Of a DNA stretch of 64,000 nucleotides, positions 53,086 to 62,989 are shown piece by piece. Source of the stretch: Cyanobacteria bacterium J06626_4 (GTDB taxonomy: Bacteria > Cyanobacteriota > Cyanobacteriia > Phormidesmidales > Phormidesmidaceae); assembly GCA_038523235.1 (NCBI GenBank), contig JBCBJQ010000020.1:15068-79067 (forward strand). Reading direction: 5' to 3'. The stretch's first letter is position 1. Every line of letters begins with the position of its first letter. The notes below the pieces were generated by a model. That model was not told the origin of the DNA and did no database searches. It worked only from the letters and a program-made list of their open reading frames with translations. The position numbers and the translations under genes are program-made.

Positions 53086-55146
53086 TTACAGCTCGTTTTT
53101 CTGAAAATCTTCGAGAGATTTTAAGGTCTCTGAAAGGGCGCTGAGGGGTTGAGATTTCGACCCCTCAGCGTTTGCTTTTTCGGCTTCCAGTAGTTCTGTG
53201 AAGTTTTCTGCCGGCAGTTGAAGCATGGGTGCCATCACGACTGGGGGTGAAAATCCTGAACTGGCCCCCTCACCGGACTCAGTACCTGACAGCCACTCCG
53301 GTGCTGTCCCCGTGATCGCCCGGGCAGCGGCGATATCAGCAGTGGAGTTTCCCTTAGGCTCTGGCGAGATGATCGCCGAAGCGATATCGGCCATTTCAGC
53401 CCGCTCATCGGCATCGGCCTCATGGGCCAGCGCCTGACTTGTCGCGGGCTGCCAGGCGGCGGGTAACTCAGGCAGTTCATCCTCGACATCTTCGATGTCG
53501 GCGTCAGCTACCGCATCGTCGCTCCCCTCAGTCTCCGCAGGCGGGACGATGGCCGTTTCTAAAGCGTCTTCAGCAAATTGTAGGGGCTCGGCATTGCTAG
53601 CAACCGCCGACATGTCTTCTGGTACTGCCGCATCGGTTGACTCACTGGGTGTCTCGCTGGAAGTCTCAGAATTAACAGCTGCTGCCTCTGGTGCCACTGC
53701 TGCTACCGATAATGCGGTTGCAGACGCTGTCGCTGCAGGCGTCGCCGGCGATGAATCGGCTTCGAGGGTGAGCAGCTCGGGCGACTCAAGGTCTGGCGTA
53801 GTCGAGATGGGGGAGCTGGCTGGAGTAGCGGCAGAGAGCGATGCATCAAGCGCTTCGTTCTGGGCGATCGCGCTTGGTGCCTGCATAAACGAATCTTCAA
53901 ACTCGAAATTCAGCGCGACGTCGATGGCGATCGCGGGTTCGGGTGGAGCGGTACTCTCTAAGCTCGGTATGGGGACTGCACTGATGACAATCGGAGCCAC
54001 AAAACCCGTCACATTCATGGCCCGAGCGATCGCGTTCGCCCGGCGCTCTTGGTCATGGGCAATGCTGTAGATATTGTTGCCCAGTCCGGGAGCGTTCCAC
54101 CGCTGCGTGTCGGGGTCAATAAACGACCGCGTGCGCGCCCAAACGATTGCTTCTGCACCGGTCATCCCCAAGGCCTGCGCTTCCTGCAGCCAATCGATAT
54201 AGCCGCCTCGATCTAACGCGGCGAGCGGCGCCTGGTTGGCTAAGTCAATGCCGTTGAGCAGTTCTTCAGGGGAGAGCATCAGGCCCTTGTCTTGGGCCTT
54301 TTGGCTTAAAAGTTTGGTTTGCTGTTGCAGTCTTTTGAGCTGTTTGGCATCGGCTTCTTCCGGCGTGCTGGCCCCATGCTGATAAGAGAAAGTGCCAAGG
54401 TTCCAAACCTGGTTGCCCGGATCGGTGTGGCCAAAATAAGCCGGATTTTTGTGGCCTTCTGGGGTGCGGGTGCCTTCGGCACTACCCACAGCTCGCGCCA
54501 CCAGGGAGTCAGTGCCACCATCAAAGAGACTCTGAATACTGTCCCAAGAATAAGGTTGGGGGTGAGGGTGAGCGACCGCCACCGTTGAGGTATCTAAACT
54601 GACTGCAGGTTCAGGTATCACCGGCACCTCAGCATCCCCCACTAATCGAGGTTTGAGATCAAGGCTGAGGGCCAAGAGATCATCGATTTCCTCAGGAGGA
54701 AAAAGGTTTAACGTGTCTACGGGGGGCGGTGTCGCTGCCACGGTAGCAGGAGTTGGCCGGGGCGCGGGGGCTGGCGGTGGGGCGGGCAGCAAAGCTTCCA
54801 CCGATGGACTGTTGTCTAAAGCCAGCGCATCAATGCCGCCATAAACGCCTGCAGGCCACGTAGTATCTCCTGACAGGGGAGGGTTTTCAGCTCCGGGGGG
54901 GACCGGTAAGGGAGCATCGGCGATCGCCGCAATAGCTTCTGAAGCCGCCGCTTGTTCTACCGCCGGGGCGGCTTCAGGGGGGGATGTCGTCGGGCTGGCC
55001 GCAACCGGTGCTGTCACTACATCGTCTTGCGCCTTGGGCGATAACGCGAAGGAGAGGGCAATTTCATCCTTGGCTTGCACGGCAGTCCCAAACCCCAGGG
55101 TTAACGCCAGGGTGCTTAAGGAGAGGGCAGTTTTGTTAGCAGACAT
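53086..55146 (-). CDS. Secreted protein with a central globular domain between acidic/Pro-rich disordered arms
   Basis: Signal peptide ending VQA; core VARAVGSAEGT...YFGHTDPGN...NLGTFSYQH...DLANQAP...DQ.RR. Confidence 0.7.
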   Translation of the reverse strand: MSANKTALSLSTLALTLGFGTAVQAKDEIALSFALSPKAQDDVVTAPVAASPTTSPPEAAPAVEQAAASEAIAAIADAPLPVPPGAENPPLSGDTTWPAGVYGGIDALALDNSPSVEALLPAPPPAPAPRPTPATVAATPPPVDTLNLFPPEEIDDLLALSLDLKPRLVGDAEVPVIPEPAVSLDTSTVAVAHPHPQPYSWDSIQSLFDGGTDSLVARAVGSAEGTRTPEGHKNPAYFGHTDPGNQVWNLGTFSYQHGASTPEEADAKQLKRLQQQTKLLSQKAQDKGLMLSPEELLNGIDLANQAPLAALDRGGYIDWLQEAQALGMTGAEAIVWARTRSFIDPDTQRWNAPGLGNNIYSIAHDQERRANAIARAMNVTGFVAPIVISAVPIPSLESTAPPEPAIAIDVALNFEFEDSFMQAPSAIAQNEALDASLSAATPASSPISTTPDLESPELLTLEADSSPATPAATASATALSVAAVAPEAAAVNSETSSETPSESTDAAVPEDMSAVASNAEPLQFAEDALETAIVPPAETEGSDDAVADADIEDVEDELPELPAAWQPATSQALAHEADADERAEMADIASAIISPEPKGNSTADIAAARAITGTAPEWLSGTESGEGASSGFSPPVVMAPMLQLPAENFTELLEAEKANAEGSKSQPLSALSETLKSLEDFQKNEL

Positions 55147-55266
55147 GACAAGACTCAACGAGTAAAGGGGCAAATAGCATCAGCAAACGCGCGATCAAAA
55201 ACAGTGGCGATGACGATGGCAATAGTCGGATATGAACGAGTGGGAAGCGGGTCAAGCAGTCAGCGA

Positions 55267-55815
55267 TTAATAGCGCTCTAGCGATCGCTCCAGCACGTGG
55301 GTCGAAGGTTCCACAATGGCCCAGGTGCCCTCCGGCTGACGGCGCATGGTGGCAAAGTGCAGATAATCAGAGCGACCCATTGATTGACCTTGGGTCACTT
55401 CACCGATGCGCGGGCGGTTGATGCCACAAAAGCGAAACAGATAGGCCGGGACTTCGGGAGAGGAAAAAAAAATGCAGTCGTCACCCTCGGCAGCTAGCTG
55501 CACCTCACCGTCAAACGGTGCCCTCACCGCCGCCCCTCGCAAATGCATTGAGACATCGCCCAACCCCGCTACGACTCGAAACCCTTCCACCATGCTGCCG
55601 AGGTTGAGTTCCCAAGCCTGATCGATCGCGACGCTGCGGGGAGCAGCAACGGCCTGGTCGCGACAGCTAGTCAAGGTTGACCCCAGCAGCAAAAGTAGCG
55701 AGCAAGTACAACTGAGCTGTCGCCAAGGTGACCGCTGCCCCCAGGCAACGCACGGAGACCGACCCAGGCACCGCTCTAATCTATTCAAAATTAAAGCGAT
55801 ACCCAGCATATTCAT
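55267..55815 (-). CDS. Hypothetical lipoprotein with a degenerate M23/hybrid-motif-like domain
   Basis: LTSC lipobox; G..VRAPFDGEV, V.QGQ..G and YLHF. Start uncertain. Confidence 0.55.
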   Translation of the reverse strand: MNMLGIALILNRLERCLGRSPCVAWGQRSPWRQLSCTCSLLLLLGSTLTSCRDQAVAAPRSVAIDQAWELNLGSMVEGFRVVAGLGDVSMHLRGAAVRAPFDGEVQLAAEGDDCIFFSSPEVPAYLFRFCGINRPRIGEVTQGQSMGRSDYLHFATMRRQPEGTWAIVEPSTHVLERSLERY

Positions 55816-56194
55816 TGTCTTCGTACAAAATCACGATCTGCGTTTTGGGATCAAATTCGAGGGGGTAGGCTTCGCGCTCGGCATCGACGCCAGCCCGCAC
55901 CGACAACCCCGCCATGCGGCAATAGGGTTCGGCCACCACCTGTCGCACTCGTTCTTTACTATCGCGCTCGGGAATGATCAGCAGTTCGGCCAACTGCTGG
56001 CGCGACAGGGTCGCCTCCGTCTGCACAAACTCTTTGCAGGCATTGTCGTTCACACTCGTGGTGGGCGATCGCGCTAGCCAAGCGCCCATATTTTGCACAT
56101 CGATCAGTACGAGCGCTGCCGTCACAATGACGCCACCCGCGATCAAAGACTTCAGGGGGGAAACATTGGGACTTTTCGACGGTTGACTTAACAT
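55781..56194 (-). CDS. Hypothetical membrane-anchored periplasmic protein
   Basis: N-terminal TM, two Cys, EPYC and REAYPL.FDP...VILYE..EYAGY.F. Confidence 0.7.
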   Translation of the reverse strand: MLSQPSKSPNVSPLKSLIAGGVIVTAALVLIDVQNMGAWLARSPTTSVNDNACKEFVQTEATLSRQQLAELLIIPERDSKERVRQVVAEPYCRMAGLSVRAGVDAEREAYPLEFDPKTQIVILYEDNEYAGYRFNFE

Positions 56195-56341
56195 TGCAGT
56201 CCTCCTGGATCAATAAAAGCTGTGATTAAAAACGGTAAGTCAGCTTGCCACCCATGCCAGCCCATTGATGGGGTTGGCTCTCTGTACCGATGCTGGTGGC
56301 ACAGCGCGCCGCCAGGATGACGGTTCAGGTGCCGGGTTTGC

Positions 56342-57247
56342 CTAGAGCTGCCCCCCAATCGCCAAGCCCACCAGCGCTAAAAAGAGACGCGCCATAAACG
56401 CTCCATCGCGGCGGGGAGCAAAGAGCCAACGATAGAGCCCCAAAGCCACCGCCGCCATGGTGATGCCGACCAGCCAGGGCCACAGACCCGGCACTACTGA
56501 CAGGGCCAGCTCTAGCGCTCGCCGCCCAATCAGGCCGCCGCCGCCCCATACCAACACATCCAAAGGCGTCAATTGAGACTGGTCTTCTAACGTGGCGGTC
56601 AGCTGGTGCCAGCCGCGCTCGAACAGAGCCAAGGGCGTTTCCACCAGAGCCCGCCAGTCCAGGTTGGTCTCGGGGACTGCGTGGGGCGTCTGTCCCCGTA
56701 GGCGAACGGCGGCAGCAGTTTGTGACGCCTGTCGCTGGTCGGCATCCAAATCGAGATCGACGGCGGTGAGCACGTAGCGACCAGCTTCATCCTGCAGCAC
56801 TTTGGTCAAGGCGGCGTCTTGAATTTCGCAAAACTGTTCCAGACGAATCCGGCCCTGATTGGACTGCTTTAGCAGCGCAAAATCTAGACCTTTAACCGTG
56901 CGCTGAAACTTGTGAATGGCAATCTGCTGTTGGCGGTAGAGATCATTAATGGTTGCAGCGTCTGTTTGCAGGCGTCGCAAATAGGCATTGATACTGGGGG
57001 GAATCGGACTTGCCGCTGCCACCGCCTCGGGCGATCGCGCCTCTGCCGGTGATTGTGATCGCTGGCGCAAAGCCTGCAGCATTTCACTCTGACCAGCAGC
57101 ATGCCAGTCACCGGTTTCGTCCTCCGGCAACGGCAAACTCGGCGAGGGGGGTGGCGACTCCTGAGTAGGCAAACTTGCGGCTTCAGCGGAGTCATTTTGC
57201 AGAGCCAAAAGCTGTTCTCGAATGGAGCTGAGATCTGAGGAATTCAT
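56342..57247 (-). CDS. Hypothetical coiled-coil protein with C-terminal TM helices
   Basis: 301-aa ORF with a helical N-terminal region and about three hydrophobic segments at the C-terminus. Confidence 0.7.
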   Translation of the reverse strand: MNSSDLSSIREQLLALQNDSAEAASLPTQESPPPSPSLPLPEDETGDWHAAGQSEMLQALRQRSQSPAEARSPEAVAAASPIPPSINAYLRRLQTDAATINDLYRQQQIAIHKFQRTVKGLDFALLKQSNQGRIRLEQFCEIQDAALTKVLQDEAGRYVLTAVDLDLDADQRQASQTAAAVRLRGQTPHAVPETNLDWRALVETPLALFERGWHQLTATLEDQSQLTPLDVLVWGGGGLIGRRALELALSVVPGLWPWLVGITMAAVALGLYRWLFAPRRDGAFMARLFLALVGLAIGGQL

Positions 57248-57286
57248 GGGCTACACCGGACAGAGTGAAGAAAGCATCACCAACTA

Positions 57287-57321
57287 AATACAAATGTACT
57301 ATAAGTTAGTTCAAATGTACT
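57287..57321 (-). promoter_or_regulatory. Tandem cyanobacterial LexA-box-like sites overlapping a -10 element
   Basis: AATACAAATGTACT (57287-57300) and AGTTCAAATGTACT (57308-57321) each have one mismatch to AGTAC-N4-GTACT. TATAGT on the minus strand overlaps the proximal box. Confidence 0.65.
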
Positions 57322-58333
57322 TCTTTTTTGGTATTTTGCCATCCCTAATCCAAACTTTTTGATGAGCCGTGGTTTCAGTAGCCAATATGTTGAGTGCCAG
57401 CATTGCTATCGATGAGGCCTCTAGGCGGCTGCAGGGCTAGTTCACAGGCGCTTTGCTGACCACTTGGGAAACTAAGTGGCCAGGGGTAAACAATGCTGGA
57501 GAGGTGGTTTGACTGGGTTGTGGAGGACTAGATTGGTCGCACTGTTTTGCCATGTCAACCTTCTCTGTGCTAGTCAGTGTCAGCAAACTGTCAGTAATTT
57601 GAAAGTGAGGGCTACAACTTTTTTTGTGCATAGCAGAGTGCGGTGCCAAATATTCCCCTGGTGGAATGGCTGGTTAGCGTTCATGATGGATGACCCATCC
57701 AGGAGAGGGAAACTTCTGCCCAGCGGTGCTAGAAATAGCGATCGCCTGATTTGTGCGACTGTTTTGCCGACGCATAATCGGATACTGGAACCCGCATTAT
57801 TTAAGTCCCATAGCGCTTGCGGGGAGAAGCTGGCAGCTCCTAGCTTATGAAGCGAGACGGCTTGCACAATGCAGGCAACCGGCAAAATTGGGCGGCGACT
57901 TTTTCTTCTGCTAGAGACTCAATCTCTTAGGCATTCGGGCACTCAAGCCCGAGTAAGCCGTCAGTCCATCTTGCAGAGACTGCCTGCGCTGTGAGTGTGA
58001 GAAGGATGAAAACCGGCGATCGCGCCAGCCCCGGCGACTTTTTCAGACCTTATTAATGTGTTAACAATTGTCACTCCCCGCCGCCGTTGGTCAACAATGG
58101 TTGCAGCCAATTAGCGATTGCGGGCGCGATCAATGGTTAGACCAACAATATGCTATTTTTTGACTCACTCTTGCCGCCAGCCTGTGTCTGATTCCTGAAT
58201 TCTTGGGATAGCGATTGTTCGGGCAGCGACTGGAAGAAGATCGGTCACTTTTTCATCCGCTTAAAGTTATTGGCCGCAACTTGTCGTTCTAGCGCTTAGC
58301 TCAGGCACTCTAAATTAAGCAATCGGTGCATCC

Positions 58334-59185
58334 ATGTTGAATCCTTTTCGGTTGAGTTCTCCTGACAGCTATGCTGCCAGCGATCGCCGTCAGACGCAGG
58401 TGTCGCTGCCGCCCTACGGTATGCCCAAGACACCGTCCTTCCCTTATCACATGATGATGGGACTGTTTTTGGGCGGGCAGGTGCTGATGCGGATTTTGCG
58501 CGGCAAGGTACGGCGTAACCGGGTGATGGAGCAAATGGTGCTGGCGGGGCCAGGCGCGCTGACGCCCGTGCTGATGACCAACCTGTTTGCGGGCATGATT
58601 TTCTCGATTCAAACGGCCCGCGAGATGACGCGATTTGGTGCGATTCATGCGTTGGGCGGCGCTTTTGCCCTGGGCTTTTGTCGCGAGCTGGCTCCGATTT
58701 TGACGGCGGCGATTTTAGCGGGCCAGGTCGGCTCTGCCTTTGCCTCGGAAATCGGCAGCATGAAAATCACCGAACAGCTCGATGCATTAAAGGTGCTACG
58801 CACTGACCCAATCGATTATTTGGTAGTACCTCGGGTGGTCGCCTGTTGCGTCATGTTACCGGTACTCACAATTGTGGGGCTGGTATTTGGTGTCGGCGGC
58901 GGTCTTTTTGCTGCTAACTTTTTCTACCAGGTGCAAGGCCCCATCTTTTTAGAATCCGTGCAGACCCTGCTAGAGCCGATAGATTTGATTGCCGTGTTGC
59001 TGAAAGCAGTGATTTTTGGCGCGATGATTGCTCTGGCCGGTTGCACTTGGGGGCTCACAACTACCTGCAGCAAAGGGTTAGGTCGTGCTGCCACCTCAGC
59101 CGTGGTGACGACCTGGGTCGGCCTGTTTGTCGTCGATTTTTTCATCACCGTCATCCTGTTCCACGGGATCAAGGTGATGTACTAA
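58334..59185 (+). CDS. MlaE/TGD1 family lipid ABC transporter permease
   Basis: RELAPILTA..LAGQVGSAFA.EIG.M.ITEQ.DAL..L.TDP.DYLV.PRV and G.A.T.AVV. Confidence 0.9.
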   Translation: MLNPFRLSSPDSYAASDRRQTQVSLPPYGMPKTPSFPYHMMMGLFLGGQVLMRILRGKVRRNRVMEQMVLAGPGALTPVLMTNLFAGMIFSIQTAREMTRFGAIHALGGAFALGFCRELAPILTAAILAGQVGSAFASEIGSMKITEQLDALKVLRTDPIDYLVVPRVVACCVMLPVLTIVGLVFGVGGGLFAANFFYQVQGPIFLESVQTLLEPIDLIAVLLKAVIFGAMIALAGCTWGLTTTCSKGLGRAATSAVVTTWVGLFVVDFFITVILFHGIKVMY

Positions 59186-59280
59186 ACGCTGTTCGCATGC
59201 CCCTGCGGCAGAGTGTTCTGCCTGGTGGCTCTGGCAGGATGGGTTGGTTGCCGAATGGCCCCAGAACGAGAAAGGCGCAC

Positions 59281-60627
59281 TCAAAACACAAACTGCACCT
59301 GTACCTGCCAAGCGTCTTGATCGCGGACAATCCACACGGCGCGGACAAACTCGCGCAGATAGACGCGCCTCTCGACCTCTGAGAGATCTTGCCAAAATTC
59401 TCGGGAAGAGAGGGTTTGGGCGATTTGCTTGAGGTTTTCCGGGGGGAGCTGCGACAGCTCTTGCTGCAGCCCCGAGAGTTCGCCCTGCAGCGTGTAGGTG
59501 CGGAGTTGGGCACTGGTCTCATCCAAAATGCCCTGCTGCTGCAACTCAGCAAGCTGCGAGAGCACCTGCTGCTTGTGCTCAACCTGACGGACCAAGCCCG
59601 CCTTAATGGCCCCCACCGGGGGTGTTTGCAAATTGTCCACAGCTTGCGGTAGTTGGGTGCAAATGGCGTCAATCGTCTGGGCCAGCACCGCATCAAAAGC
59701 GATCGCCCGGCACTTTTTTGCCCGATCGCAGGCCGTGGGCCGCAGATAGAGATATTCTCGCGTTTGTCGGGGTCGGGTGACTCGCGACACTTTGAGCTTG
59801 CTCTGACAGGCTTGGCATTGAACGAGTCCCGCCAGCGATCGCCGCGCACTGACTGTTTTGGGGGGCAGCTTGCGGTTGCGTCGCAGCAGGCGATCGACCT
59901 GAGCGGCTTCTTCTCGCGAAATGATGGCCGTGTGGGTATCGCGAATCACGCGACCGTCTTGATAGCGCGAATCACCGCGATAGACCGGGTGCAGCAACCA
60001 GCGTTGCGCCGTCGAGGCCGAAACTCGTTTGCCGTAGGTTTTTTCTAGCTGTCGTGCCGCGCCGCGAATTGAACCGTAGAGAATAAAGTGCTCAAAAAAA
60101 GATTTCACCGCCGGGGCCGTGGCGCGATCGAGGGCATAGCGATAACGACCGCGCCGATAGCCGTAGGGCGCGCGACCGGGCGGCGGCAAAATGTTGACGC
60201 GGTTGCGGGCATGACCAGCGCGTAACTGTTGGCTGCGATGTTGCGCCAACACGGTCTCAGCCAACTGGGCTGTGCGATCGCGATCAGCCGCCGCCGGATC
60301 GGCGTCCATTTCGGCAACTGTGAGGAAAGCGGCAGCTGGGGTGACATAGCTCTCATCGATCGCCACAATCTTGATGCCTTGCGTCTCTAGCTGGTGGATG
60401 GTTTGCAGCACGGCGCTGAGGGAGTTGCCCAACTCGCCCACCTGTCTGACATAGAGATAATCGGGAGGCTGCTGTGCACACGCTTGCAACAGGCGTGTTA
60501 GCTCGGGTCGAGCCTCGACTTGGTCGAAGTGATCGAGGTACAGCCGATCGATTGGCAGCCCAAAGCTGGCGGCATCGACCTCGAGGTCTAACGGCAAGCT
60601 GATGCAGGCATAGGCAATGGTGAACAT
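59281..60627 (-). CDS. Large serine recombinase-like protein (resolvase + recombinase + Zn-ribbon), catalytic motifs degenerate
   Basis: IAYA.IS N-terminus, GRAPYGY, L.HPVY.G, HTAIIS.E and LAGLV.C..C. Confidence 0.8.
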   Translation of the reverse strand: MFTIAYACISLPLDLEVDAASFGLPIDRLYLDHFDQVEARPELTRLLQACAQQPPDYLYVRQVGELGNSLSAVLQTIHQLETQGIKIVAIDESYVTPAAAFLTVAEMDADPAAADRDRTAQLAETVLAQHRSQQLRAGHARNRVNILPPPGRAPYGYRRGRYRYALDRATAPAVKSFFEHFILYGSIRGAARQLEKTYGKRVSASTAQRWLLHPVYRGDSRYQDGRVIRDTHTAIISREEAAQVDRLLRRNRKLPPKTVSARRSLAGLVQCQACQSKLKVSRVTRPRQTREYLYLRPTACDRAKKCRAIAFDAVLAQTIDAICTQLPQAVDNLQTPPVGAIKAGLVRQVEHKQQVLSQLAELQQQGILDETSAQLRTYTLQGELSGLQQELSQLPPENLKQIAQTLSSREFWQDLSEVERRVYLREFVRAVWIVRDQDAWQVQVQFVF

Positions 60628-60813
60628 GGTGTCGATGGCGATGAGCCAGGCAGTCGAGTGAGCCGGTGAGCCGTTCCAGGGAGCGCGAACCGCGTCCCGA
60701 GGCCAGGCCAGGGGCCGGCCAGTCAAGGCAGGCGGGAATCCCCCGCGCAAATCTGCCCCTTCCTCACGGTAGGCCATTATCTTAAAGAGAGAACGCAATC
60801 ACGTCGGGCAGTT

Positions 60814-62007
60814 ATGACTGAGTCAGCAAAACGGATTTGTATACTAGGCGGCGGTTTCGGTGGGCTTTACACTGCCCTACGGCTCAATTCGCTACCGCAG
60901 AATGTGAGCGAGCCGACCGAAATTGTGCTGATCGACCAGCGCGATCGCTTCCTGTTTTCACCCCTGCTCTACGAACTCGTGACTGGCGAGTTGGCCACCT
61001 GGGAAATCGCCCCGCCCTACACCGAACTGCTGGCCGGAACGCAGATTCGCTTTGTGCAAACCAGCGTTGAGAGCGCTGACCTGACCGCCCAACAGGTGCA
61101 GTTGGGCACCGGCGAAACGCTGGCCTACGATCGCCTTGTGCTGGCGCTAGGGGGCGAAACCCCGATGGATATGGTGTCAGGCGCGGCTGAGCATGCTATT
61201 CCCTTTCGCACGGTGGAAGATGCCCACCGTCTGCAGGAGCGCCTGCGGGAACTCGAAACTTCCGAAGTGGACAAAGTTCGCGTGGCGGTGATTGGCGGCG
61301 GCTACAGTGGCGTCGAGCTGGCTTGCAAAGTAGCGGATCGGCTGGGCGATCGCGGGCGAGTGCGCCTGGTAGAACGAGCCGATGACATTTTGTTGACCTC
61401 CGCTGAGTTCAACCGCAAAGCGGCGCGAGATGCGCTGTCAGAGCGGGGAATTTGGTTGGACCTAGAAACGTCTGTGGAGGCCATCACCGCCGACACCCTG
61501 ACGCTTAACTACCGCGACCAGGCCGATGAGCTACCGGTGGATATTGTTCTCTGGACGGTGGGAACGCGGGTGGTGCCGCTATTACAGTCGCTGGATTTGC
61601 CGCGCAACGAGCGTCAGCAGATTCAAGTCGAGCCCTCTTTACAGGTGGTAGGGCATCCAGAGATTTTTGCCTTGGGGGATCTGGCTGATTGCAAAGATGC
61701 CTCGGGCCAGCAGGTGCCTAATACCGCTCAGTCTGCCCTGCAGCAGGCTGACTACGTGGGTTGGAATCTCTGGGCCTCCCTCAGCGATCGCCCGTTGCTG
61801 CCTTTCCGCTATCAGCATTTGGGCGAAATGATGACCCTGGGCATCGAAAACGCTACACTAAGCGGCCTAGGCTTGCGATTAGAAGGGCCGCTGGCCCATG
61901 TGGCTCGCCGGTTGACCTATCTGTATCGCATGCCCACGGTAAATCATCAAATTCGCGTGGGCCTGAACTGGATTCAGCAACCCCTGCGCGACCTGTTGTC
62001 TGTTTAG
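60814..62007 (+). CDS. Type II NAD(P)H dehydrogenase family protein (NdbB/NDC1-like)
   Basis: ILGGGFGGLYTA, FLF.PLLYE, GGGYSGVELA, FALGD and TAQ.A.QQA. Confidence 0.85.
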   Translation: MTESAKRICILGGGFGGLYTALRLNSLPQNVSEPTEIVLIDQRDRFLFSPLLYELVTGELATWEIAPPYTELLAGTQIRFVQTSVESADLTAQQVQLGTGETLAYDRLVLALGGETPMDMVSGAAEHAIPFRTVEDAHRLQERLRELETSEVDKVRVAVIGGGYSGVELACKVADRLGDRGRVRLVERADDILLTSAEFNRKAARDALSERGIWLDLETSVEAITADTLTLNYRDQADELPVDIVLWTVGTRVVPLLQSLDLPRNERQQIQVEPSLQVVGHPEIFALGDLADCKDASGQQVPNTAQSALQQADYVGWNLWASLSDRPLLPFRYQHLGEMMTLGIENATLSGLGLRLEGPLAHVARRLTYLYRMPTVNHQIRVGLNWIQQPLRDLLSV

Positions 62008-62014
62008 CGATCGC

Positions 62015-62677
62015 ATGCAAACCCCTAAAGTGATCTTTATTGACGCCGTCGGCACGTTATTTGGCGTCGTCGGTTCGGTCGGTCAAGCCTATGCTGAGGT
62101 GGCCCAACGCCACGGTGTCGAAGCGGAGCCCCAAGCGCTGAATGATGCCTTTTTCAAGCATTTTGAGGCGGCGGACTCGATGGCGTTTCCGGGTGTAGAA
62201 CCGACCCATATCCCGGCCCAAGAATATGCTTGGTGGGAGGCGATCGCTGAAAAAACCTTCGGCGACGTGGGTATCAAAGATCAGTTCACCGATTTTGCTG
62301 CCTTTTTTGCCGATCTCTATGCTTACTTTGCCGGGGCAGATCCTTGGGCGGTTTATCCCGACGCTTACCATTCGCTGGAGCGCTGGCGGGCCAAAGATAT
62401 TGAGCTGGGCATCATCTCTAATTTTGACTCGCGCATTTACACCGTTTTAGATTCGCTGGCGCTGGCTGATTTCTTCACCACCGTCACCATCTCGACGGAA
62501 GTTGGCGCGGCCAAGCCAGATCCGCAGATTTTTGCTGCTGCTCTGAAAAAACACAATTGCGACCCGAGTGATGCCTGGCATGTCGGCGATAGTCAGACGG
62601 ATGATTATGAAGGGGCCAAGGCGGCGGGGCTACGCGGCATCTGGCTGCAGCGATCCGATGGAGTCCTGACGAGCTAG
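62015..62677 (+). CDS. HAD-superfamily hydrolase
   Basis: DAVGTL, ISNFD, KPDP.IF and HVGDS..DDY.GA..AG. Confidence 0.9.
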   Translation: MQTPKVIFIDAVGTLFGVVGSVGQAYAEVAQRHGVEAEPQALNDAFFKHFEAADSMAFPGVEPTHIPAQEYAWWEAIAEKTFGDVGIKDQFTDFAAFFADLYAYFAGADPWAVYPDAYHSLERWRAKDIELGIISNFDSRIYTVLDSLALADFFTTVTISTEVGAAKPDPQIFAAALKKHNCDPSDAWHVGDSQTDDYEGAKAAGLRGIWLQRSDGVLTS

Positions 62678-62989
62678 CATAACTCACATTGGCATCTTGA
62701 AATTCCTTTACCAGTCAGTGCTCCAGATAGAATACTGCAATAGCTAGGCCTCTAGCATTGGCGAAGCATCCTTCCATAATGTTTCAAGAAAATGGACGAT
62801 ACCGGTTTGTAATGGGAAAGGTGTCCTAAATCATTCTGATATTGAATTTAAAGGCAGATTTTCTATGTGACAATCCCATGCTCGACACAAAATAATCTTG
62901 AAAACACAACTGAATGCGCCTAACATTCACCTGAGTCTGCCACTCCTCAAACTCGTAACAGGGCTCTTACGTAATTCTTCGAGGGTAGT

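Noticed and set aside
59169..59849. 226-aa ORF overlapping the recombinase in another frame
   Set aside because: Arg/Ser-rich out-of-frame translation of a real gene.
59281..60798. Recombinase as an XisF-like excision element or prophage integrase
   Set aside because: No interrupted gene, att repeats or cargo are visible, and the catalytic arginines are missing.
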